64,000 bases of DNA, taken from assembly GCA_964016885.1 (NCBI GenBank), contig OZ024741.1:313596001-313660000 (forward strand), read 5' to 3'. The notes beneath the pieces are model-generated. The model did no database searches, was not told the DNA's origin, and saw nothing but the letters and a program-made list of their open reading frames with translations. Made by a program: the position numbers and the translations under genes. This document shows, one piece after another, positions 11,397 through 24,176 of this stretch (positions are counted from its first letter, which is position 1; the number at the start of each line of letters is the position of its first letter). This DNA comes from Eledone cirrhosa (Eukaryota).

Positions 11397-14300
11397 GGGG
11401 TAACAAGTTATCGTTGCAGGTAATCCAGTTAGAGGTTGTGAGTACTCTGCATCGTGGATAGTTTTAACGTACGGCTTTGCTTAACTCAACAATATGTTTC
11501 CATAGTTAGGGAGCGAGTTCGCGCTAAATCCTATGTAGGTTCTACTTGGAGTAATAATAGTGAAAGTATGAAGAGTAACATCGTTGGCTGTGCAACAAGT
11601 AGTTTTATGTCAGGTATTGACTATTGTTTCATTGATCAGGTGAGTCTAGAGGTCGCTAATCGCTTGAAGTTGCTCAATTCGATCTCCATTATATTATTTA
11701 CTTTAAACCAACTCCTCAGAATACAAAAAACAATTCACTCAAGGCAAAATATATAGAGAGAAATAGAGTATAATCAAAACAATAACATCAATAATAAAAT
11801 ATATATGATACATAGGTAGAGAGGTTACAGATGTAAATGTATAATGTAAAAGATAAGAAAAAGGGTACAGTAAAAAGTAAGGAAATGGAAAAAATATAAA
11901 TAAATAAGGATAAGTGAGATCATGTAAGTACAGTATATGATAGTGGTAGTAGAGAGTCTGATGTAGTGACAGATAAAAGAAAAAGCATAAATTAGAGATT
12001 AATGGGGAGATACTAGTATGAGATTTAAGGGTAAGGGTGGATGGTGAAGGGATCTTTGACAAATGTGTGTAGTAAATATTTTGCTGATCGTCCTGTCTTA
12101 ATGGATGTGATGCTGTTTCAGGAGAGCGGGTGAAATAGATGTTAAGATGTTTATGATCTAGTGACCAGTTGGTTGTTTGGCAGCTAAGAGCGGTGTGATT
12201 GTGTCTATTGCATACGTTGAAATTCTGGTGGTTCAGTTCTAAATTTGGTATTGTTGGCTCGAATCACGTGGTTTAAAACTTGTGAACTTGGTAGCTATTT
12301 TATGCCTACAGAAAATTGATCTTTCTATTTTGCTGTTAAGCAGCATCTTATCGTACCTTAAAATATGGAATAGCTCCATATTACAAATTCTGCAGTGGGG
12401 CATTCCATTGTCGTTAGCCCTTGCTTCTGATATTTTGACCAGCTAATCCCATATTCCTGGTTTGTGTTTTTAAGCTGCAAGATATTATTGGCTTGCGTCG
12501 TAGAATTATATAGTCTACGGTTCTTCATGGAGTGTCTGTGGACGTACCACCCTTTTTTTAACTCCCCAGCCGTGGAACCTATGTAGTGCCAAGTAGAGTT
12601 GCCTGAATTTACAGTACACAGGTACACCATACTCGAATCCACGCATCTATTTTGCAGTGTTCACTTATCCGGTAGGTGGCAATTACAGTTGGAGGCTTTT
12701 CTTTGTGCCGCTTCTCCGTTGCGGTTTTGTATGTTCTTTGTGGGTGGGTTGATATTTAGGCCAATTAGTGTTTTCTTGTGATGCGCCCTAGTGTATGTGT
12801 GGTTGGGATGTTATGTGTTTGCGTTTTGTATTTGGTGCTATGATGTTTATTGGTAGGTTATTTTCTTTAGAGATGTTTTTGTGGTTGATTTTACGTATGT
12901 GTGATTCTATGTTGGCTGCAGTAGAGTAAGATTGTTTGATAGTTCTTCTATTAAAGAATCCATGGTATTTGAGTAGATTAACAAAGTGTTTGTCTATTAG
13001 CTTAAATAATGTAGAAGACAGTTTTGTTTTTATAGAGGACTTGGATATTGGATTGAACCATAGGTATTTTCTATCATAGGTATCTTCTATGCTTAGTCAT
13101 ATGCTTGTTATTTCATAAGGTGTGCGTAGTGTAGTTTTCGTTAGGGTTGTTGCTGCTGTCCCTATCTGGTATGTTCTCCAACCCCTCTTTACGTCCTGCC
13201 TTATGTATAACTATATTATAATACTTTGGGTGTTCGTTAAAAATCTCTAGGTTAGAAGGTAGGCTGCATATTCTGAAGGATATACTATGTGCTATGGTGT
13301 TAATTATGGATCGGGGGTGGTCGTTAATTATGGATCGGGGGTGGTTGTTATTTTATGGAAGGGCTCTATTAATCTGGTGATTAGGTTGAGTGTTACATCT
13401 AAGATGTTTGATTTTTTTAGAATTAAGTTCGAACGTAGTACCTAGGCCTAGTTTGTTAAAGAAGGCTCTGATGTTTTTTCGTAATTTTTCCATGTTTTGA
13501 TTATTTAAGTTTTTGTCTAAAAGGAATGTGTCGTCTCTATAAATTCATCCCTCGTGGTTATTGAATTCCTTATGTAAGTTGTGCGCTATATATATTCACA
13601 CGAATTCCGTTACCTGTGCCGAGTCGTTAGATCCCATTGTGATATTGAAGCTATTCTGTCTATTCTTACGTTCCCAGTAACTATTTTCGAATCTAATGAT
13701 AGTTCTCCTAGTAGCATTATTATTTTAATTTCGTCCGAGGTAAGGTACGAATTTTCCTGGGTAAAGGTTAGCGCTTTATCTAGGGTGACTGGGGATATGG
13801 ATGAGTAGTAGTCATCAATGTGGAACTATACGAAGTTGGATGTTTCTCTACTGTCTATTTTGCTGAACCAGTCTATTGCTTCGTTAGTGTTACCCCATAC
13901 CTTAATTACTAGTCCGTCCTTGATTTGTGCGATTACACTATCTAGTATATACTTCGCAATTCTATCTATATACGACTTCGATGGGCATATTAATCTAATT
14001 GCGGGGTCTATTTCGAAATTATATTTGTGATCCTTTAGGTTAAATGTGGGGTTACAAGGTGCTAGAGGCTTGGTTTTATCAGATGTTTTCAGTTTTTAGA
14101 ATGCTAAGTCCTTCTTTAATAATGCTAGTGAGTGCAGATTCTGTTGTTTGTTTGTATTTTTTGTGCAGTTCACGACGTACACAATTATTGTATGTATTAA
14201 GTCTCATGTCGTATATGCTTCAAGTTTTATCTCCTTTTACTATAATAACGTTGGCGTTGCATAGTTCTTTTAGAAGTGTATTGATGTCGTTTTACAATTT

Positions 14301-15290
14301 GTTGTGATGTGTCATTACTTTGAATTTGGTTCCACCTATCATGTTCATGAGGTCGAGTTCGAAGGCATCGGGCTGGGGGTTATTCGGAGGATTTTTCAGG
14401 ATTTGAATCCGTATATTTTCCTAGTAATTTCCTCCGTGTTATTAGCGTGTCCTTTATCATAATGATAGGCCTTCCATCGGATTCGACGAATGAAGTCATT
14501 AGCCCTTGTTAGTATGTATAGGTATGTTTTTCAATGACATATCTATGTGGTGATTTTCCATTTTAGTGCCGTGCGTTAAAGTTGTTGCTCAACCTAGTGG
14601 GAGCTGGGTATATGGGGTAACAAGTTATCGTTATAGGTAATCCGGTTAGAGGTTGTCAGTACTCTGCGTCATGGATAGTTTTAACGTACTGCTTTGTTTA
14701 ACTTAACAAGATGTTTCCATAGTTAGGCAACGAGTTCGCGGTAATTCCTATGTAGGTTCTACTTGGAGTAATAATAGTGAAAGTATGAAGAGTAACATGG
14801 TTGGTTGTACATCAAGGGACTTTGTATGTTTCGAATATGACTTTTTATGTTAGCAAAAAACCCACCACACAATCCTTATACGAACAACACTTACTCACCA
14901 CCACCACTATCATACTCTGTACTTACATGGTCTCACTTATTCTTATTACTTTATATTTTTCCATTTTCTTACTTTTTTACTGTATCTTTTTTCTTATCTT
15001 TTACTTTTTATATTTTACATCTGTAACCTCTCTACCCATTATCATATATATTTTATTATTGTTGTTATTGTTTTGATTATACGCTATTTCTCTCTATATA
15101 TCTTGCCTTGAGAGAATTGTTTTTGTATTATGTGGAGTTGGTTAAAGGTAAATAATGTAATGGATCTCGAGTGCCGCAACTTCGAGCGATTATCGAGCTC
15201 TAGACTCACCTGATCAATAAAGCAAGTGTCAATGCCTGAAATAAGGCCCCGTGTTGTACAGCCAACCATGTTAACCTTCATCCTTTCACT
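11397..15290 (-). mobile_element. Penelope-like element family 1, near full-length but decayed, with direct and inverted pseudo-LTRs
   Basis: Minus-strand motifs FIRRIRWKAYH, LKDHK..RLICPSKS, FHIDDYYSSIS, FNITMGSNDSAQVTE, IYRDD, WFNP and GIY-YIG (VYLCTV...HYIGST...KRW..H). 11397-~11605 is repeated at 14614-~14820, and ~14900-15290 is the reverse complement of ~11560-11950. Inserted in (TA)n. Confidence 0.9.
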
Positions 15291-16074
15291 ATATACACCC
15301 TATATTCCGGTGTAAATTTTGATCCGCTGCATATACGTCCCATCAAATATTATGGTGTAAGTTAGGTTGAAGCCTATAGACACCGGTTGATACGACACAC
15401 CAGGTATAAGCCATTATCATCTGGCCAGCCGCAATTATGCTTGCCGTTAACAAAAGGATTTAACTGAAGTGTTTTATTAGTAAACAATATGCTATCACAC
15501 CCTGACTTGATAGGCGGAATTTTTAAAAACCTAAATACTCTTTATCCAGTGTGTATCATTGTTACGTGGCGATATGATTTTACTTTCGACCTGTTTTGTA
15601 TTGTGGCGAAATTACCGGAGATTTTCCGATAGTTTAGATAATTCAGTGAATCAGTATACCATTCATATTATAACTATGATATTCATGATAATATTATAGA
15701 TATATATGTGTGTATATATTTATGTATGTATGTATTTATGTATGTATGTGTGTGTGTATGTGTGTATGTATGCATATATATATATATATACAGTATATTA
15801 TTGTAGAATATGGTAATATTTGGAAGGATTATATATGATATTTTTCTTATAGTATTGTTTGTTACTTTCATAATGTTATTAATATTGCATTTAATTGAAC
15901 TAAAAATCCAAGTATTTTTGTATAAAGGATCGATATAATATTCAATAAATTTACAACTTCATTTGTTTAGCACAAGACCACTTTATTCTTGAAATTTGAT
16001 ATAATATTGTATCATTGATATATGTATGTAATTAATGATATCTTCAACATTATCATATATATTGTTAATTTTAG

Positions 16075-16209
16075 AATGCCGAGCAGGAAAGTTTGGTGTT
16101 GATTGTAATGGGACCTGCCATTGTATCAACGACACGAACTGTAACAAGCGAAACGGCACATGTTTAGAAGGATGTTCTGCAGGTTATGCTGGTGTCAATT
16201 GCCAAGAAG
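16075..16209 (+). CDS. EGF-like exon F1
   Basis: ttttag|...|gtattg; [44 protein letters not shown]. Confidence 0.85.
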
Positions 16210-16285
16210 GTATTGTTACGTAATTATTATACACACGCACACACACATACACACACACCCCCACATACAAACACACAAATATACA

Positions 16286-16333
<48 letters not shown>

Positions 16334-16545
16334 AATACATTTATATATATACCGTATATGACTTGTACGCGGGAATTTTTTAAAACCTAAATATTCCTTA
16401 TCCAATGTGTATCAGCTTAGATGGCGATATATATTTACTGTCGTCCTGTTTTGTTTCGTGGGGAAATTACAGTAGTTTTTCGATAATTTAGAAAATTCAG
16501 TGAATCAGTATACCATTAATATAATAATTATAATATTAATACTAA

Positions 16546-18405
16546 TAGGAATCGCTTGTGAGGACAATGCAAGCTACGTACATGGGTGCTGTAAGTAAAG
16601 TGATAATAGAAATGGAGTTTGTGAGGAATTCCATATAAAAGTAGGTGTACATCAAGATTCGCTCCTCAGCCCAATCTTGTTCATTATAGTCCTCCAAGCC
16701 ATAACAGAGGAGTTTAAGACTGGTGCCCATGGAATCATCTCTATGCTGATGATCTGGTTCTTATAGCAGATTCAGTAGAGGAGCTAGATAATAAATTATT
16801 TCTATGGAAACAGCAGTTGGAATCAAGAGGCCTGAGACTGAACATAGCTAAACAAAAGCGTTGATAAGTAGAATAGAGGACAATGCTCTGATTCCATCGG
16901 GGAATTGGCCATGATAGATATATAGGAATGGAACTGACATGAATTCCATGAAATCTACGCAATGCTGATCTTGGAGACACAAGATATGTAGTGGGATAGC
17001 CGGCAAACTAACAGGTAGGGAAAACTACGTATGCAATAGAGGTACAGGGAAAGTTGGCAGTAGTAATCGCTGCGATAGACTCATTTTGCAAATGCAGGTG
17101 GGTTCTATAGAATTTTAAAAGCCTAAATATTCCTTATCCTAAATATTAATTATCCAGCTTAGATGGCGATATATATTTACTTTCGACCTGTTATGTTTCG
17201 TAAGGAAATTACAGTAGTTTTCCCATAATTTAGATAATTCAGTGAATCAGTATACTATTAATACTAATAGGAATCGCTTGTGAGGACAATGCAAGCTATG
17301 TACAGGGGTCCTGTCGGTAAAGTGACAATAGAAATGGAGTTTAGTGAGGAATTTCAGATACATGTAGGTGTGCATAAAGATTAGCTCCTCAGCCAATCTT
17401 ATTCATTATAGTCCTCCAAGCCATAACTGAGAAGTTTAAGACTGGCTGCCTATGGGAACTTCTAAATGCTGATGATCTGGTTCTTATAGCAGATTCAGTA
17501 GAGGAACTAGAGAATAAATTCTGGTTATGGAAACAGCAGTTGTAATCAAGAGGCCTGAGAGTGAAGATAGGTAAATCAAAAGTGTTGATAAGTAGAAGAG
17601 AGGACAATGCTCTGATTCCATCGGAGAATTGGCCATTTTAGATATATAGGAAAGTAACTGGCATAAATTCCATAAAATTTACGCAATGTTGATCTTGGAG
17701 ACACAAGAGATGTAGTGGGATATCAGGCTAACTAAGAGGTCGGGAAAATTACGTATGCAATAGAGGTACAGGGCACGATGGCAGTAGTAATCGCTGTGAT
17801 ACAATCATTTCTCCAATGCAGGTGGGTTCTAGAGAAGAGGTTGTTAGCTTCCGGTACCTAGGTGATGATATAAGCATGGGAGGAGGGTTTTTCGCGTCCA
17901 TAGTATCTAGAATAAGAACGGGTTGAAAGAAGTTTATGGAGCTACTTCCTCTGTTGACAAAAAAGTGTTTCTCCCTGCGTAGAAAATGAAGGTTATATGA
18001 TACGAGGATGCTGCATGGTAGTTAGAAATGGACACAACTGCTGGAGATTTGCGACGGCTGGAGAAAAATGAAGCAGGTATGCACAGTTGGAGGGGCAATT
18101 TTAATGTGCGTCAACGACAAAGCATAGACGAGCTGAGTATAAGAGGGATAAGTTGTGGTGTGCAGGAGAGAAGTCTCAGATGATATGTACATATGATGTG
18201 CATGGAGGATGAGCGCTGGGTGAAGAAGTGCCAGGAAGTCCAAGTGGAGGGAAGACGCAGTGGAGGTGGACCACAAAAAACATGGCCGCAGCTGTTTAAA
18301 CTCACCGAGGAGATGACAAAGGACCGTGACAAGTGGGGAGATGCTGTGCTGAATAGGACCCGTCCAACCATTGCAAGCAGGGAAAAGAGGGCGGAAAATG
18401 ATAGT
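16546..18405 (+). mobile_element. two adjacent RTE copies (16546-17111 and 17267-18405); fused to one copy in unit 2 (~39525-40665) and unit 3 (~61577-62715)
   Basis: Repeated RT motifs; EDERWVKKCQEVQVEGRRSGGGPQKTW C-terminus. Confidence 0.9.
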
Positions 18406-18723
18406 AAATAAAAATGAATGTGAAGAAAGTACAAATTGCCAAATATACTTTTCAGTTAACAAAATGCTTTAACTGAACAGTTTTAATAGTAAACAACATG
18501 CTAATACACCATCACTTGATACGCGGTAAATTTAAAAACCTAAATATTCCTTATCCAATGTGTGTCATTATTACGTGGCGATATCATTTTACTCTCGATC
18601 TGTTTTGTTTCGTGGGAAAATTACCGGAGATTTTCCGATTGTTTAGATAATTCAATGAATCAGTATACCATTCATATTATAACTATGATATTCATTATAA
18701 TATTATAGATATATATGTGTGTG

Positions 18724-18755
<32 letters not shown>

Positions 18756-19218
18756 TGTATGTATGTATGCATGTTCCGCTGGTTTTATAATTTCACAAAG
18801 TTTTATCAATAGAGAGAGAGAGTCGGTTTCTAACATAAACACAAGACTCTCTCATTGGAATTAACACAACACCAACTAGGTATATATATATATATATGCA
18901 TGCATGTGTAGATATGGATGTTATTGTATGTGTGCATGTGTATATGCTTTGTATCTGTACATGTGCATATGTAGTTATTAGAGGCAAAATTGTTGGAATG
19001 TTTTATATATTTTTACTGTTCCATTAATGGATTCTACTTGTAGTTTCCTAACTAGTTGTTTATGTATGTATGTATGCATGTATGTATGTATCATATATGT
19101 ATGTGTGCGTGTATGTGTAAATGTATGCATTTATATATATACAGTATATAATATATATATATTTCGTTTCTGAATTTGTTTAGCAAGATACTTTATCTGA
19201 AAACGTGTGTTGAATCCG

Positions 19219-19336
19219 ATATTGTTATGCTTTCGGAGGGTCATGTTGCCAATAAGAAACACCAGTAAATTGAAGTGAAACTTCTGGTGCGTGTGTTTCT
19301 TATTGGCAACATGACCCTCCCAAAGCATAACAATAT
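19219..19336. repeat. 44-bp-arm inverted repeat (also 41482-41599 and 63542-63659)
   Basis: atattgttatgcttt(c/g)ggagggtcatgttgccaataagaaacac, 30-nt spacer, then the reverse complement; 1 mismatch. Confidence 0.95.
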
Positions 19337-19560
19337 ATATATATATGCGTGTGTGCTTGTGCGTATGTGTGTGTCTGGTTTTATTTACATGTAAGAATGA
19401 CGCAAACACATATCGTAGTAACTGGTAGAATATGATAATATTTGGAACGCTTATATATCATTTTTTTTCTTATAATACTGCTTGTTTCTTCAATAATGTT
19501 TTTAACATTGCATTTAACTGAACTAAAAATCCATGTATGTTTTATAGAGAATCGTTATAA

Positions 19561-20194
19561 TCTATATATATAAAACTGAGGATGTCTGTCTGTGTGTGTG
19601 TCTGTGAGATTGAATCAATAAAACTCGAGAAGTACCGAACCGATATTTTTACATGAGTTTTACTTATGTTTCAGGGAATGTTATGTACATAAAAAACAAC
19701 TTTGTTGTTCCCCTAGGACCCGCATTAGGTGAAAAAGTGCATTTTATTTCAGATTTTAGGGGTATTTTGAGGCGTTAAGTTAGACCAATTTTCTTGAAAT
19801 TGTAACTATGTATAAGTCGGTCTCTTCTTCATACCGGGAGCAAAGAAAATCCAATTTTTGTATTGCCTGGGGTCCGCATTAGGTGAGAAATTCATTTTTT
19901 CATCCTTTTAGGGCTTTTTTGAGGCGTTACGTCTCGCCGAATTTCTCGAAACTTCAAGGCATATTATGCACATGAGAACAATTCATTTTCTTGATCCCCT
20001 AGGGTCCACATTAGGTTAAAACCTGCATTTTTCCTGCTTCATCGAGGAAAATCTTAAAGATTATCCAGCCATCAGAGTATTCGGTTTATTTTCTTTACAT
20101 ATTGTCCAGGCATGCAGTTTTTCCAGGATCAAGGCTTTTGGCGACACGCGTTCCAAAATAACTTATCCCGTGCAACGCCGGGTACCACTGCTAT
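19561..20194 (+). mobile_element. non-autonomous Helitron-like element, paralog (also 41820-42453 and 63885-64000 partial)
   Basis: TCTATATATATAAAA start; CCCG-TGCAACGC-CGGG hairpin then CTAT (decayed CTAG); same A|T site. Confidence 0.82.
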
Positions 20195-20330
20195 TATTCA
20201 ATAAATATGCAGGTTCATTTCTTTATCACAAGAGAACTTTAATCATAACATTTTGTATAAAATTGTATCATTGATATCTGTATGTAATTAATGATATATG
20301 CAACATTATCACATATAGTAATATTTTTAG

Positions 20331-20462
20331 AATGCCGAGCAGGAACGTGTGGTGCTTGTAATGGGACATGTCATTGTATCAACAGTATAAATTGTGACAA
20401 GTGAAATGGAACATGTTCAGATGAATGTTCTGCAGGTTATACTGTTATCAATTGCCAAGAAT
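20331..20462 (+). pseudogene. EGF pseudo-exon G1
   Basis: 3-nt deletion, CGA>TGA stop at 20402-20404, donor GAAT|ATATCT. Confidence 0.85.
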
Positions 20463-20548
20463 ATATCTCATAAAATTGTTACGTACTTACTACACACACG
20501 CACAACCACATACCCCCACCCACCCCCACAAATATACATATATGTATA

Positions 20549-20600
<52 letters not shown>

Positions 20601-20608
20601 TATATATA

Positions 20609-23107
20609 GTTATACTTGAGGAGGGTCATATTGTTGTGATAATTTTGCTAGAAATAATAACAGAACACACTCACTGTTTGGTTGGTTTTCGCTTTTGTAT
20701 GTTTTATATCTCCATAGTTAATTTATTTGGCAATCAATGTTTATCATTGATTGACCAACGGTCAAAAATACAGATATAAATATTTATATATAGTTTAAAA
20801 AAGTTCTTTCGTTGCACATCTGCAACATCATCAGTGGTACTAATATGTAACCCTCCTATTGTATTAAAAGTCTACGCCATTTATATTTTATCTGTTTATT
20901 TATTTATTTTTATTTATTTTTGACTTCGTCCATGCGCATGCGTTTGCGTGTGTGTATATTGTTTGGTGTGTGAGTTCGCGTTTGGGTGACTGTGTTTTGG
21001 TTATTGTATTCTATCTTAGTTTATTAGTGTGTCTTTATATGTGTTTCTTCTTATTGTGCTTGTGTATATATTCATTTATGTATTTATTTATTTATGTATT
21101 TATTTATTTATTTATATTTCGCTTATGTCAGTATTCTTTGTTTGGCTGTTGGTATTCCATTCATTTTTTGTTTAGCTTTGTCTTTTTAAACTGTGTTTCG
21201 CTTGCGTCTTTGATGTGCCTACTTGCTGGCTCATTTCTATATGTAGATAATATTTTAATTTCTATGTCTTACCGTCATGTTGTTGTCTGGACTATTCGTA
21301 TTGTACTGAACGTTTATTTTGTTCTTTTAATTCCCCCCAATTTTGGTCTATATATTCTCCTATGCATCGAGCTCTCGCGACTATGTATGGTGTTGTCATA
21401 TTTCTGCAAGTAGCCTCTGTACATCTTATGCTATAAACTACATTTCTAGTTTTACTGTTTATCTGGGGGTTTACTTTACATATAGCACATTTCTTATTAG
21501 TACAGTAGGTTTTCTTAAAAGGGTATGTTTTGATGATCCGGTATTGCATGGCAGTTCCTGATTTTACTAACCCTTTCATCTTTAAGTAGGTCATTCTCAG
21601 GGCCTTTTTGCATCGGGTAGCTAATTTCCCTCCAGGGGTAGCGTCCACGAGAATGACACTTTGGTATCTCTGGTTGTGGTACCATGAGGTGGTTTTACCT
21701 ATTTTATGTTTAGTCCTATCTAAGATATTCCATGATTTGCTCCTGTATAATGGGCAAATTCCTTTCATCTGCAGTTCTATGAGGGTCTTATACATCTCAG
21801 TGGTTCCTTTGTATGCTCTGATTCTATCTCTTTGGTTGTAGCCAGAGAAATGCATGTGCTTTATGAAGTGTTGGATGTGTCTTTCCATTTCTGTTGGGTC
21901 GCACATGCGGGACACGTTCTTCATCACTCGTACCAAGTCAGCGATTAGAATATTAAACTTAGCACTACTGGACATCGCTGAGGTTTTGAATAACGGGTAT
22001 TTGGAGGCCATGGGTTTAGCGTAGTATGAGTTGGGATTTTGGGCCTTCACGTATATAGTGTTAATCCAGAGTTCCGTATCTAATACAGGTAGTCTATTAT
22101 TAGGGTGATTGGAAGGGTATCCAATAGTTACAGTTATACTCTGGTGTATGGAGTTAGCTATCTGCTGGATTATTTATTCTAATATATATTCGTTAGTACT
22201 CTCTCGTGGCGGTGTACTTATTACTATATTAATATTGTCTACGTAACGAGAGTACATGGACCTCTCTTGAAGGAGGTTTTGAGTCTCATTTCCCAGCAAA
22301 CCATAAAAAGGTTGGCAACATCACCAGCTATGTTGATCTAAATGGTTGCTGCCTCATTTTGGGTGTAGATCTTTACGTTGAATAGGGTAGTTTTAATACT
22401 TGCCCCATTGCATGCGCGACAACTTTTCTTACCTGATCACTGTTTTTGGGTGTTGGTATGGCTTTAGTCCACCAAATTCACCCTCCCATGGAAGTCTTTT
22501 TTGCCATTGAGGTTATGGTGGGTGGTCTACTTCTTATGGGTCTACTAGGGCAGAAACGGCTAAGAACACGGCTGTCTAGGTACTTGGTGTCATAGGTAAG
22601 TCTAAGTAGGAGGCCCAGTTAATCTGTGTCTACGTCGCAGACAACAACCTCACTCTCACTGATTATCTCCACACAAGTTTCCACAGCAAAATCAATGTTA
22701 ATGGATGGTTATAGAGATACAACGTCCATACTGCGTATTATGCAGTTAGATAGGTTTTTGTTTTTGTTGCACTCATTGATTCTGCTGAAGAGGTATTCTG
22801 TACTGTCACATAAATCTGGGGATATCTTGATTAAGGAGCGTATAACCACTGAGAGGAACTAGGAGATCCTTTAGTTGCTAGCGATATTGGCTACGCATAC
22901 AAATCTTGTTGATGGATCTGTCACCGGGTCGTCGAGTATCGTATGGTCTTTGAATAGCACATATAAGGGTGGTATGTCATTGTTAGACGCGTGGATGTTC
23001 ATAGCAGTTGGTCTGCTTGGCTTTAGGATGTAGGTCCTCATCATCATGTGAGCGTTGACGATCTCCTCTCACCCATCATGTGTTTGTTGTGTAATTTCGC
23101 CTGGAGA
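20609..23107 (-). mobile_element. Penelope-like element family 2, long decayed copy
   Basis: Minus-strand SMDVVSL*PSINIDFA, RYVDNI, NRLPVLDTE, YAKPMAS thumb region and NVVYSIRC...YI GIY-YIG start (ORF 21292-22050). Hammerhead-like motif in the terminal region. Confidence 0.88.
20806..20834 (-). ncRNA. hammerhead-ribozyme-like core in the Penelope terminal region (also 43059-43087; decayed at ~6644, ~29478, ~51604)
   Basis: Minus strand CUGAUGA-U-GUUGCA-GAUG-UGCAAC-GAAAG: core boxes with a perfect 6-bp stem II. A stem I partner is not evident. Confidence 0.6.
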
Positions 23108-23111
23108 TATA

Positions 23112-23216
<105 letters not shown>

Positions 23217-24041
23217 ATTTCAAAGTAAAAATGTCGGAAATTCATATCGTAGTAACTGATAAAATATGGTGTAAATTTGAAGGATTATATTTGTTTTTTC
23301 TTATGATATTGTTTGTTTCTTTCATTATGTTATATATATATAATATATATATTATATGTATAGATATGTATATATGTATGTATGTATATATGTGTGTGTG
23401 TATGTGTGTATGTATTCATTTATATATATATATATTTATATATACATATATATATACAGTATATATTATATATATGTAAAAGTTATTCAGAAATAACAAG
23501 ACAATCGCTACAGTATATGGAAGGGATATATTAGGTTAACGTTTGATATAGTACGAATAGGGTCTCAGCATTTTGGACACTAGTCCTTAATTAGAAGAAA
23601 GAATGTGAAATAAATTAGATTGAGGGGAGGGTTGCGTTGGAATTGGAAAACATGTCCTGAGATAAAAATAACAGATTCATTTATGTTGACATCTCTTGCA
23701 GTGTGTGTGCGTGTATGTGTGTGCGTGTGTGTTTATTTAAATGTAAGAATGTCGCAATTACATATCGTAGTAACTGGTAGAATATGGTAAGATTTGGAAG
23801 GATTATATATGTTTTTTTTTTCTTATAATATTGTTTGTTTCTTTTATAATATTTTTTAACCTTGCTTTTGACTGAAATAAAAATCCATGTATATTTTATA
23901 GAGGATCGATTTAATATTCAATAAATATCTAAGTTCATTTGTTTATCACAAGAAATATATAATCTGAAACTTTCGTATGAAATTGTATCATTGATATCTG
24001 TATGTAATTAATGATATCATCATATATATTGATAGTTTTAG

Positions 24042-24176
24042 AATGCCCAGTGGGAACGTTTGGTGTTGATTGTAAAGGGACTTGCCATTGTATCAACAAT
24101 AATAACTGTGACAAGCGAAATGGAACATGTTCAGATGGATGTTCTGAAGGTTATATTGGTGTCAATTGCCAAGAAG
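24042..24176 (+). CDS. EGF-like exon A2
   Basis: Identical to A1; AG/GT intact. Confidence 0.85.

Noticed and set aside
11610-11650. Possible hammerhead in the Penelope-1 pseudo-LTR (minus strand CUGAUCAAUGAAACAAUAGUC)
   Set aside because: The core reads CUGAUCA with no stem II, and the inverted copy lacks GAAA. Not supportable.
18772-19060. Unique-looking insert inside the (TATG)n tract
   Set aside because: Probably decayed SINE or other repeat fragments; no ORF, splice pattern or structure I can support.
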